Under the pieces are notes generated by a model. That model was given only the letters and a program-made list of their open reading frames with translations, was not told the DNA's origin and made no database searches. From positions 1 to 64,000 of the IMG/VR virus record IMGVR_UViG_3300030330_000562: a DNA stretch of 64,000 nt. The stretch is one strand, 5' to 3'. Within the stretch, counting starts at the first letter, position 1, and each line of letters opens with the position of its first letter. Made by a program: the position numbers and the translations under genes. Positions 1-7,734 of this stretch are shown in pieces. This DNA is from a virus (lineage: Duplodnaviria; Caudoviricetes).

Positions 1-70
1 AACTGGAACAGCCCCTCAGCCAGGAGAACAGGGCTTCTCAGGTAATACTGGTCAACAACAGATACAATGA
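1..70 (+). CDS. Portal protein, C-terminal fragment (5'-truncated by window)
   Basis: Identical to the last 70 nt of the portal ORF 55251-57347; TGA at 68-70 overlaps the next ATG. Confidence 0.9.
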   Translation, partial: TGTAPQPGEQGFSGNTGQQQIQ

Positions 71-77
71 AACTAGT
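1..77 (+). repeat. 77-nt exact direct repeat, copy 1 (copy 2 at 57278-57354)
   Basis: Base-by-base identity for exactly 77 nt, first mismatch at 78 (a) versus 57355 (c). Confidence 0.95.
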
Positions 78-273
78 AGTGAATAATACTTTAAAACCTT
101 TCGTAAACAATCCAGAGTTGTATAATCCGTTTCTGGAAGAGATAGTTAACAGAATAGATAAAGTTCATAAACGTCTTGAGCAAATCAGTGAAGTAGAAGA
201 ACTGTATCGTGCTCAGGGCGAAATACGTGTGCTTAGAGCGATGTTAAGACTTCGGGAAGATATTAATGGCTAA
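67..273 (+). CDS. Small conserved protein downstream of portal (68 aa)
   Basis: ATGA overlap with portal; homolog at 57344-57550 is 59/68 aa identical. Confidence 0.85.
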   Translation: MKLVVNNTLKPFVNNPELYNPFLEEIVNRIDKVHKRLEQISEVEELYRAQGEIRVLRAMLRLREDING

Positions 274-3200
274 TATAGAAAAACAAATGGAGATGTTTGG
301 CTATACTGCCGAAGAAGCAAAACAAGAAGCTGATAGACTTGCAGCTGATGTAAACACAGATTTAACTTTTAAAGAGGCTGCAACAACTGTAGGTAGTATG
401 TTACCAGGTGTAGGCACTGCCATGACTGTTGCAGAAATAGAAGATGAACTAAAACAAGAAAATCCTAATTATGGTAAGATAGCTTTACTTGGTGGAGCAG
501 AGATAGTTGGTCTTGTTCCTGGACTTGGCACTGCAGCAAAGTCTGGATTAAGAGCTGCAGCAAAAAGACTAGGTGTAGACAAATTAATAAAAGCCATAGA
601 CGCACCTAAACCAGAAGAAGCTGTTAAACTTGAGGCAGGATTTACTGGAACTAATCCACCTACATATGAACCAAGAGTAGATGTAAAACCAAAACTAACT
701 GCAGATGAAATTTTTTTTAGAAAACCAATCATGCAATTTGTTAGATCTTTAGATGTACCTGAAAAAGGTATACTAGGTTCTAATTTTTCAAAACTTGTAG
801 AAAAAAATCCTTCAATCTCACCTACCTCTTTGCAAAAACAATTAATAAATCCTAAAAAAAGATATTCTAAAAAAGAGCTAGAAGATATATTTAAGTCAAA
901 TGAATTTTCTACTGCAGCTATGCCAAAAAAATCGCCATATAAATCTTATCGACAAAATCAAAGACAGCATCAAGTTGGATTTAGGGGTGGATCAGAACAA
1001 GAGTATTTTGAAATACCAATAAAATCTTTTACATCAGATGCTAACATAGCATTCAAGTCAAAAGCTTTTCGTAAACTTCAGAAAGAAAGAAAAAAAGGTA
1101 AACCTGAATTACTTGAATTTAAACCAAAAAAAGATACACATTTTGGAGAACGTTCTATAGCACATCTTAGGGGTTCTATTATAAATCCTCGTTATCATCG
1201 AAATATAGAATCTATTGTAGATTTAACATCTACTCACCCAGAATTTGATAAGATAATAAAAAATGAAAATTTTTTACTTGTTGAAGAACTGCAAAGTAAC
1301 CTTGTTTCAGGTGGATTTTTAGAATCAAAACCTCCATTTACAGAGTATGGTCCACCGCCTATTACTAAAAATAAACAAGCTGTAGAAGAATTAATTAAAG
1401 TTGCTATAGGTAAAGCAGCGAATGAGAATGTAAATTATATTGTTTTTCCAAACGTAACTAGAATAAAACTTGCAAGGGAAAAAATATTTAATCCAAATGA
1501 CAAAGGGGATTTATTCTATCAAACCTATTTTAAACAGGTGAATTCAGCTCTTTCAGATTTAGAAAAAAATTATCCTGTTAAAATATACAATAATGTTAAT
1601 CTACCGTATGACGATAATGCATTTATGCAAACAATAGCATCTACTGGACCAGATATACCCAATACCTACTTAGAAACAATACGACTTGGTAAGAGCTATC
1701 GTACACCAGATGAAATAAATGAAATTATAGATTCAAGCGGTACAGTGTTAGATATAAGCGAACTAGTAAAAAAATTTAAAGTAGAAGAACCGAGACAATT
1801 TGCCGAAGGAGGCACAGTAATGGAGCCAGAACCAAAACCAGAAACCAGACCTTTTCCTGATGTTAAACCACAGGAAAAACCTGAACGTCAAGCTGGAGTA
1901 TACAAAGAAGAATATGACTTTGAAGGAATGCCAGTAGAAATTCCTGTTATTATATTTAAAGATGGGGAAAAAATTGCTTTTGAAAAAGCTCTTCAAACAA
2001 TATCTGAGAGAGGCACTGCAAACGAACCTATTGTAGGCACAGATACTGAAGATCAGGTAAAAGAATTTATTAAAGAGAGAAATCCTACAAGAGAAGAGTT
2101 TGAAACCTATTGGTACAATAAAAGACTAAACAAGGGTGGATCAGTGGAAGATCAAATGGAAATGGCTTTTATGGATGAGGGTGGCCTAACAGATGATGGT
2201 ATGGATAAAGATCCAGTATCAGGTAATGAAGTGCCTTCAGGTTCTATGGCAGAAGAAGTACGAGACGATATACCTGCACAGTTATCTGAGGGTGAATATG
2301 TAGTTCCTGCTGACGTTGTAAGATATTATGGTGTAAAGTTCTTTGAAGATCTACGAGATCAAGCTAAGATGGGTCTAGCTCAAATGGAAGCTGATGGTCG
2401 TATAGGTGGTGAGCCAGTTCCTGATGGTGGCCCTGTAAATCAAGACGACTTGTCTCCACAGGAAATGCAAGCTATACGAGAGGTAATGGGTATGGCTGAA
2501 GGTGGTGATGTACAGAATCCTTATATGCAACAGCAGTTACTGTACAGTCAGCCAAGACCTGCTCCTATAGACGATCAAAAAGATACGATTGTGGATATTA
2601 CTAATCCTGTACAAAACCAGATGCCAGTTCAAAATATGGCTGCAGGTGGTCAGATACAAGGATATCAAACTGGTGGACTTGAGCAAGATTTTCTTAACAC
2701 AGGTCAATCAGCAGTAAACAGAGGCTTTGTGGGATTTCCATTAGGTGCTACAATCTTTCCATCTGAAAAAACTGGTCAAACAGTATTGGGACCAGCTGGA
2801 ACTCAAGTGGCTACAACTGGTGCTATTAACACAGCAGCAACTCAATCTCCAACTTTTACTACCGTAACTCTTTACGGACCTAACGGTGAGATAGTTGTTT
2901 TAACTCTACCAACAGACATAGATCGTTATAATAAACTACTTGCTGAAGGTTACACAACTACAATGCCTGGCACTGCTACAACCACCACTGATACTACCAC
3001 TGATACTACTACTGATACTACTACTGATACAAAAGCTGTAAAAGGTGGTAAAGATGATCCCATAAAAGAAACAATAGGATCAGATCCAAGTAGTTGGATG
3101 GACAAGTTTGATTATAAAGATCTTAATAATTTAGTTGATCAAACAAAGAACTCACTTACAAAATCTCCTATGTTTGGTGCAGACTCTGCACTAGGGGCAT

Positions 3201-3913
3201 TTATGAACGGAACAACAGCAGCACAAGCTGCAGCTAATATTATTATATTAAAGGCTAACGGAGGCGATCCAGATTTTCCAGGGTCTAGACCTGAACTAGT
3301 TTCTGCAGTGCAAGACTTAGAACAACGTTGGAAGCAATATGTTGATAATGATATCCTACTAAAAAATATGCCTGAACAATTTATCAACGGTGATAAACTA
3401 GCAAAAGAAATTGTAGAAAATAACATAGACGTAGCTTTATTTAAAGAATCTAAAGATGTATTTGGTAAAAATATATTTGCAGAAGGCACAGATGAATTTG
3501 AACAATTTGTTAAAAAGGTTGGACCTAAAGGTAGAGGTTCAGAGGGTGCAGCGGAAGCTTTTGCAAGAGTTAGAGAAAGAACAAAAGCAGCAGGTGTAAC
3601 ACCAACAGGAGCACCTCCACCGAGACCTGAAACAGTTTATGATCCTGCAACTGATAAAACAATTGTAAAATCAGGAACTCCAAAAGCTCCACCAGTAAAA
3701 ACTCAAGCACAGAAAGATGCAGATGCTAAAGCTGCTGTGGATGACTGGGTAAAAGCAACTCAAGCTACAAAAGGTAAAAAAGGAATTGCTAGACATAAAG
3801 CAATAAAAGCTCAATCAGAAGCAAGTAAAAGAGCTACAAAAGCTATCAGAGAAAAAACAGGATACAGAGGTTTTACAAGATCAAAAGGTGGACTAATGTC
3901 CAAGGGCAAATAA
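266..3913 (+). CDS. Large modular (polyvalent-type) protein between portal and scaffold, allele A (1215 aa)
   Basis: Long ORF; conserved core DDIPAQLSEGEYVVPADVVRYYG shared with 57543-61847; repeated xxGG motifs; N-terminal LPGVG/VPGLG helical motif; AHLR...LLVEELQS domain. Confidence 0.85.
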   Translation: MANIEKQMEMFGYTAEEAKQEADRLAADVNTDLTFKEAATTVGSMLPGVGTAMTVAEIEDELKQENPNYGKIALLGGAEIVGLVPGLGTAAKSGLRAAAKRLGVDKLIKAIDAPKPEEAVKLEAGFTGTNPPTYEPRVDVKPKLTADEIFFRKPIMQFVRSLDVPEKGILGSNFSKLVEKNPSISPTSLQKQLINPKKRYSKKELEDIFKSNEFSTAAMPKKSPYKSYRQNQRQHQVGFRGGSEQEYFEIPIKSFTSDANIAFKSKAFRKLQKERKKGKPELLEFKPKKDTHFGERSIAHLRGSIINPRYHRNIESIVDLTSTHPEFDKIIKNENFLLVEELQSNLVSGGFLESKPPFTEYGPPPITKNKQAVEELIKVAIGKAANENVNYIVFPNVTRIKLAREKIFNPNDKGDLFYQTYFKQVNSALSDLEKNYPVKIYNNVNLPYDDNAFMQTIASTGPDIPNTYLETIRLGKSYRTPDEINEIIDSSGTVLDISELVKKFKVEEPRQFAEGGTVMEPEPKPETRPFPDVKPQEKPERQAGVYKEEYDFEGMPVEIPVIIFKDGEKIAFEKALQTISERGTANEPIVGTDTEDQVKEFIKERNPTREEFETYWYNKRLNKGGSVEDQMEMAFMDEGGLTDDGMDKDPVSGNEVPSGSMAEEVRDDIPAQLSEGEYVVPADVVRYYGVKFFEDLRDQAKMGLAQMEADGRIGGEPVPDGGPVNQDDLSPQEMQAIREVMGMAEGGDVQNPYMQQQLLYSQPRPAPIDDQKDTIVDITNPVQNQMPVQNMAAGGQIQGYQTGGLEQDFLNTGQSAVNRGFVGFPLGATIFPSEKTGQTVLGPAGTQVATTGAINTAATQSPTFTTVTLYGPNGEIVVLTLPTDIDRYNKLLAEGYTTTMPGTATTTTDTTTDTTTDTTTDTKAVKGGKDDPIKETIGSDPSSWMDKFDYKDLNNLVDQTKNSLTKSPMFGADSALGAFMNGTTAAQAAANIIILKANGGDPDFPGSRPELVSAVQDLEQRWKQYVDNDILLKNMPEQFINGDKLAKEIVENNIDVALFKESKDVFGKNIFAEGTDEFEQFVKKVGPKGRGSEGAAEAFARVRERTKAAGVTPTGAPPPRPETVYDPATDKTIVKSGTPKAPPVKTQAQKDADAKAAVDDWVKATQATKGKKGIARHKAIKAQSEASKRATKAIREKTGYRGFTRSKGGLMSKGK
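2984..3031 (+). repeat. 4 x 12-bp coding tandem repeat (Thr-Thr-Asp-Thr linker)
   Basis: accactgatact x2, actactgatact, actactgataca; encodes TTDT repeats. Confidence 0.9.
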
Positions 3914-3916
3914 CTA

Positions 3917-3963
3917 TAAGGCTACTCAGCTTCGGCTGACCCCAACATAAAAAGGAGAAAAAT
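3917..3963 (+). promoter_or_regulatory. Scaffold gene leader with C(UUCG)G hairpin and Shine-Dalgarno
   Basis: TCAGC-TTCG-GCTGA at 3926-3939, AAGGAG before ATG; identical at 61848-61894 although the flanking genes differ. Confidence 0.7.
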
Positions 3964-4869
3964 ATGCCTGAACTAACAGCAGTAGAAAAACCAAAAACAG
4001 CAGGGTTTGTTGATAGAGGTTACAACTACGAGAAAAAGCGTAAGCGAATGGAAGCCGAAGAAGAGGAGATTCGTAAACTTGAAGCTGAAGCACGTGGAGA
4101 AACAACAACCAACGAAGAACAGCAACCAGAAGAAGAAGCTCCCGAAGAAAAAAAGGCCGATACAGAAGTTAAAGAAGAAACGCTATCTGCTGAAGAAAAA
4201 TCGTTTAAGAAACGCTATGGTGATTTAAGACGCCATATGCAAGAAAAAGAAAAGGAGTGGGACGAGAAGTTTCAAGCCTTTGAAGAACGATTAAAGAAAG
4301 AGGCTATTGTTCCACCTAAGTCTGATGAAGATATAGAAGAGTGGTCTAAAGAGTATCCAGATGTGGCAGGTATTGTAGAAACTATTGCTGCAAAGATAGC
4401 TCAAAAGAAGTTTGATGAAGCTAATCAAGAACTAAAAGACTTGAAGAAAGTACAATCAGAAGCTCAAAGAGCTAAAGCAGAAAGTACAATACGTAAATCA
4501 CATGAGGACTTTGATGATCTACGTGCATCAGATGAGTTTCATAACTGGGTTGATGAACAACCTAAGTGGGTGCAAGATGCACTGTATGAGAACTCAGATG
4601 ATCCAGCTTCTGTAGTTCGTGTTATAGATCTTTATAAAGTAGATAAAGGTCTCACAAAAACTGCAAAGAAAGCAAAAGCAAAAGATGCAGCTTCTACTGT
4701 AACTAAACGTAGTAAAACAGAGATAGATGTAGAAGATGCAAATGACGTAATTCGTGAGTCAGAGGTTGCTAAAATGTCCGACAAGGAGTTTGAAGCAAAT
4801 TCTGATGATATTAACAAAGCTATCCGTTCGGGTAAGTTTGTTTACGATATATCTGGTAAAGCCAGATAA
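3964..4869 (+). CDS. Capsid scaffolding protein
   Basis: Acidic/charged coiled-coil protein directly upstream of major capsid; homolog at 61895-62794. Confidence 0.8.
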   Translation: MPELTAVEKPKTAGFVDRGYNYEKKRKRMEAEEEEIRKLEAEARGETTTNEEQQPEEEAPEEKKADTEVKEETLSAEEKSFKKRYGDLRRHMQEKEKEWDEKFQAFEERLKKEAIVPPKSDEDIEEWSKEYPDVAGIVETIAAKIAQKKFDEANQELKDLKKVQSEAQRAKAESTIRKSHEDFDDLRASDEFHNWVDEQPKWVQDALYENSDDPASVVRVIDLYKVDKGLTKTAKKAKAKDAASTVTKRSKTEIDVEDANDVIRESEVAKMSDKEFEANSDDINKAIRSGKFVYDISGKAR

Positions 4870-4872
4870 CTG

Positions 4873-4900
4873 TTGACAAATTAAAATTCAGCAGTATAAC
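4873..4900 (+). promoter_or_regulatory. Sigma70-type promoter for capsid gene
   Basis: TTGACA-16nt-TATAAC; conserved at 62800-62827 with substitutions only in the spacer. Confidence 0.7.
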
Positions 4901-4903
4901 TAT

Positions 4904-5107
4904 GGGTATGTTGACAAAAGCCTCTTTTTGACTACCTTTTGTCGCACCCAAATCTACAAAAAGTCTAAACTAAGAAGAACTACCTGGACAAGTATAGGCC
5001 CAGTGGTATTAGGTAGCGCAACCTAATATTAACTGCACCCTAGAAAACGTACAGCCCCTTTTAGATGTTTAAGCTTAATTCAAGCCAAATATCAGGAGGA
5101 TTTAATT
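4904..5107 (+). ncRNA. Structured cis-regulatory 5' leader of the major capsid gene (putative)
   Basis: ~200-nt non-coding leader nearly identical to 62831-63034; stem GACAAAAG/CTTTTGTC; stem 5005-5030 with compensatory changes between the copies. Confidence 0.6.
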
Positions 5108-6181
5108 ATGGCTTTTCAAACCGCATCGGGTTACGGTAATTTACCTAATGGTAATTTTAGTCCCGTAATCTATTCCAAGAAGGTACAGCTTGCGTTCCGT
5201 AAAGCTGCTACCGTGGGGGATATCACCAATTCAGATTACTTTGGTGAAATTGCCTCACAAGGCGACACAGTTCGCATAATCAAAGAACCTGAAATCTCAG
5301 TTCAAGCTTATGCACGTGGCACAACAGTCACAGCACAAGATCTTGACGATGAAGATTTTAATCTAGTAGTGGATAAAGCTAACTACTTTGCGTTCAAAAT
5401 GGACGATATCGAAGAAGCTCATTCACACGTAAACTTCATGGATCTTGCAACAGATCGTGCAGCTTACAGACTAGCTGATCAATACGACCAAGAAGTTCTT
5501 GGTTACTTGTCAGGTTTTAAGCAATCTTCTCTGCATGCACAAGCAGACACAGTTAATGACAGTGTAAACGGTTCAAAAGCTGTGACTACCGCAGGTTCAG
5601 ACGAATTGCTTACAAGCATGAAGCTACGTAAAGATTCATTTGGTAACATTACAACGTCATCTGCAGGGGATCATTCAATTCCTGTAGTGGCACGTTTACC
5701 AGGTGCAACTGCTTTACCAACAGCTACAGTTTCACCTGCAATGATTATTGCAAGAATGAAACGATTGCTTGATCAACAACAAGTTGATACACAAGGACGT
5801 TGGCTCGTAATTGACCCAGTGTTCATGGAAATCTTATCAGACGAAGATAGCCGCTTCATGAATGGAGACTACGGTGAGTCTGGTGGACTTCGTAACGGTC
5901 TTGTAATCAACAACTTTCACGGCTTCCGTATGTACGTGTCCTCAAACCTACCTGCTGTAGGTACAGGCCCAGGTACATCAGGATCAGCAAACCAAAATGC
6001 TAACTTTGGTGTGATTGTTGCTGGACATGATTCTGCTGTAGCAACTGCAGAGCAGATCAACAAGACAGAAACATATCGTGACCCTGACAGCTTTGCTGAC
6101 ATTGTCCGTGGTATGCATCTATATGGCAGAAAGATTCTTCGTCCAGAAGCAATCTGTACTGCTAAATACAACGCAGCGTAA
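5108..6181 (+). CDS. Major capsid protein (N4-gp56/P22-coat-like HK97 fold)
   Basis: 357 aa; motifs GDTVRI, YFAFKMDDIE, GRWLVIDP, GFRMYVSSNLP, FADIVRGMHLYGRKIL; strong SD AGGAGG. Confidence 0.92.
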   Translation: MAFQTASGYGNLPNGNFSPVIYSKKVQLAFRKAATVGDITNSDYFGEIASQGDTVRIIKEPEISVQAYARGTTVTAQDLDDEDFNLVVDKANYFAFKMDDIEEAHSHVNFMDLATDRAAYRLADQYDQEVLGYLSGFKQSSLHAQADTVNDSVNGSKAVTTAGSDELLTSMKLRKDSFGNITTSSAGDHSIPVVARLPGATALPTATVSPAMIIARMKRLLDQQQVDTQGRWLVIDPVFMEILSDEDSRFMNGDYGESGGLRNGLVINNFHGFRMYVSSNLPAVGTGPGTSGSANQNANFGVIVAGHDSAVATAEQINKTETYRDPDSFADIVRGMHLYGRKILRPEAICTAKYNAA

Positions 6182-6197
6182 GAAGGGAGATTGAACA

Positions 6198-6734
6198 ATG
6201 GCTACTATTTCAATGAGCACGAACTCAGCCTCTACTTCCAACAATGGCGGTACTGGCAACAAGCAGCTTCGTGGCAGCTTAGTTACTTTACAAAATGATA
6301 TAGATCTTGCAGATGCTATATTACAAAACGGTGGTACTGCACTAGCAGCCAATGATATCATTGAGGCTATTGCTGTTCCTGCCAACACTTTGATACTACA
6401 TGCAGGTTTTGAAGTTGTAACTGCAATGGCAGGTACTACTACAGACTCTTCAATTCACGTTGGTATCACAGGAACAGACGTAGACATTTTTGCTACGGCA
6501 TTTGACTTAGATGGTGCATCAGTAGGAGATCACACTCCTGCTATTACATCTTCAGGTGTATGTTCTAACTTACCAGTGTTTACTGCATCAGCAGACACTA
6601 TTGACGTAGAAATTCATGCGTCAGGTGGAACTATAACTGGTGGTATTATTCGTGTATACGCTGTATGCGTAATGATGGATGACATAACACAGTCTACATC
6701 TGCTAATGAAGTAGATCGTGATCTACTAGCATAA
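6198..6734 (+). CDS. Putative capsid decoration/minor head protein
   Basis: Beta-rich 178-aa ORF immediately after MCP, before a terminator; assignment positional. Confidence 0.5.
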   Translation: MATISMSTNSASTSNNGGTGNKQLRGSLVTLQNDIDLADAILQNGGTALAANDIIEAIAVPANTLILHAGFEVVTAMAGTTTDSSIHVGITGTDVDIFATAFDLDGASVGDHTPAITSSGVCSNLPVFTASADTIDVEIHASGGTITGGIIRVYAVCVMMDDITQSTSANEVDRDLLA

Positions 6735-6743
6735 AGCAACTTT

Positions 6744-6769
6744 AGGGGCTGACTTAGGTTGGCCCCTTT
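6744..6769 (+). terminator. Intrinsic terminator-like hairpin after head genes
   Basis: AGGGGCTGAC-TTAG-GTTGGCCCCT followed by a short T run. Confidence 0.6.
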
Positions 6770-6789
6770 AGCTTACTTAAGGAAAAATT

Positions 6790-7734
6790 ATGGCTCTAAC
6801 ATTTCTTTCGTTAACTAACGATGTAATTACAAGAATGAACGAAGTAACACTTACTTCTACTACTTTTGCTAATGCTAGGGGTGTTCAGGTACAGTGTCAA
6901 AATGCTGTTAATGAGGCCATCAGATATATAAATCAAAGAGAGTTTGGTTATTCTTTTAACCATGCACAGAATAGCTCTACTTTGACTCCAGGTGTTTGTA
7001 GATATACTGCACCAACAGATACTAAATCAATAGACTATGCTACTGCTAGAATTAAAAAAGATGATGACGTTAATGCTGCAGGAAACAATTTAGTACTTCT
7101 TAACTATAACGAGTATATAGAAAAAGGTTATCCTAATGAGGAAGATGATGTTGTAACAACAACCGTCAACGCAGCAGATGGGTTGTCTGCATCCGTAACA
7201 ACGATAACTGTTGCATCCACAACAGACTTTAGTTCAACAGGAACTCTGTACATAGGTGGAGAACAAATAACTTATACAGGTATATCAGGTAACGATTTTA
7301 CAGGATGTACCAGAGGTGCAAATAGTACCACAGCAGCAACAATAGCAAACGGTACAACCGTAACACAGTTTGACGGTGGTGGTGTACCTAGAAACATAGT
7401 CAGAACTCCTGACAATAACTACTTACTATACCCTTATCCAGATAAACAATACACACTTATTTTTGATTACTTTACATTTCCATCTGATCTATCAGCACAT
7501 GGAGATACTACAAGTATTCCTGATAGATTTGCACCTGTAATTGTAGATGGTGCTGCTGCTTTTGTTTATCAATATAGAGGTGAAATACAACAGTATCAAT
7601 TAAACTTTGCTAGGTTTGAGCAAGGCATCAAGAATATGCAAAGTCTACTTATCAACAAGTATGAGTATGTACGATCCACAGTCATCATTGCCCCTAGAGG
7701 TTCAGCTAACTTTATGGGTGGAGTTATTTCCTAA
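6790..7734 (+). CDS. Head-tail adaptor (tail tubular protein A-like)
   Basis: N-terminal LTNDVITRMNEV helix, LYPYPDKQY and IPDRFAPVIVDGA motifs typical of podovirus adaptors; position. Confidence 0.7.
   Translation: MALTFLSLTNDVITRMNEVTLTSTTFANARGVQVQCQNAVNEAIRYINQREFGYSFNHAQNSSTLTPGVCRYTAPTDTKSIDYATARIKKDDDVNAAGNNLVLLNYNEYIEKGYPNEEDDVVTTTVNAADGLSASVTTITVASTTDFSSTGTLYIGGEQITYTGISGNDFTGCTRGANSTTAATIANGTTVTQFDGGGVPRNIVRTPDNNYLLYPYPDKQYTLIFDYFTFPSDLSAHGDTTSIPDRFAPVIVDGAAAFVYQYRGEIQQYQLNFARFEQGIKNMQSLLINKYEYVRSTVIIAPRGSANFMGGVIS

Noticed and set aside
469-3489. Short antisense or alternate-frame ORFs within long genes (e.g. 469-732, 1763-1996, 3139-3489, 8501-8857, 10178-10615, 58097-58393, 59639-59989)
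   Set aside because: Fully overlap well-supported genes, have low-complexity shadow composition and no ribosome-binding sites
4007-4228. Alternate-frame ORF present in both scaffold alleles (4007-4228 and 61938-62153)
   Set aside because: Its conservation follows from the Glu/Lys-rich scaffold codons (a purine-rich frame lacking stops); no SD or independent constraint visible
5917-6388. Minus-strand ORFs over the MCP end, and a T7-style capsid frameshift extension
   Set aside because: The ORFs are antisense shadows without SD; no slippery heptamer seen before the MCP stop, and the next gene has its own SD
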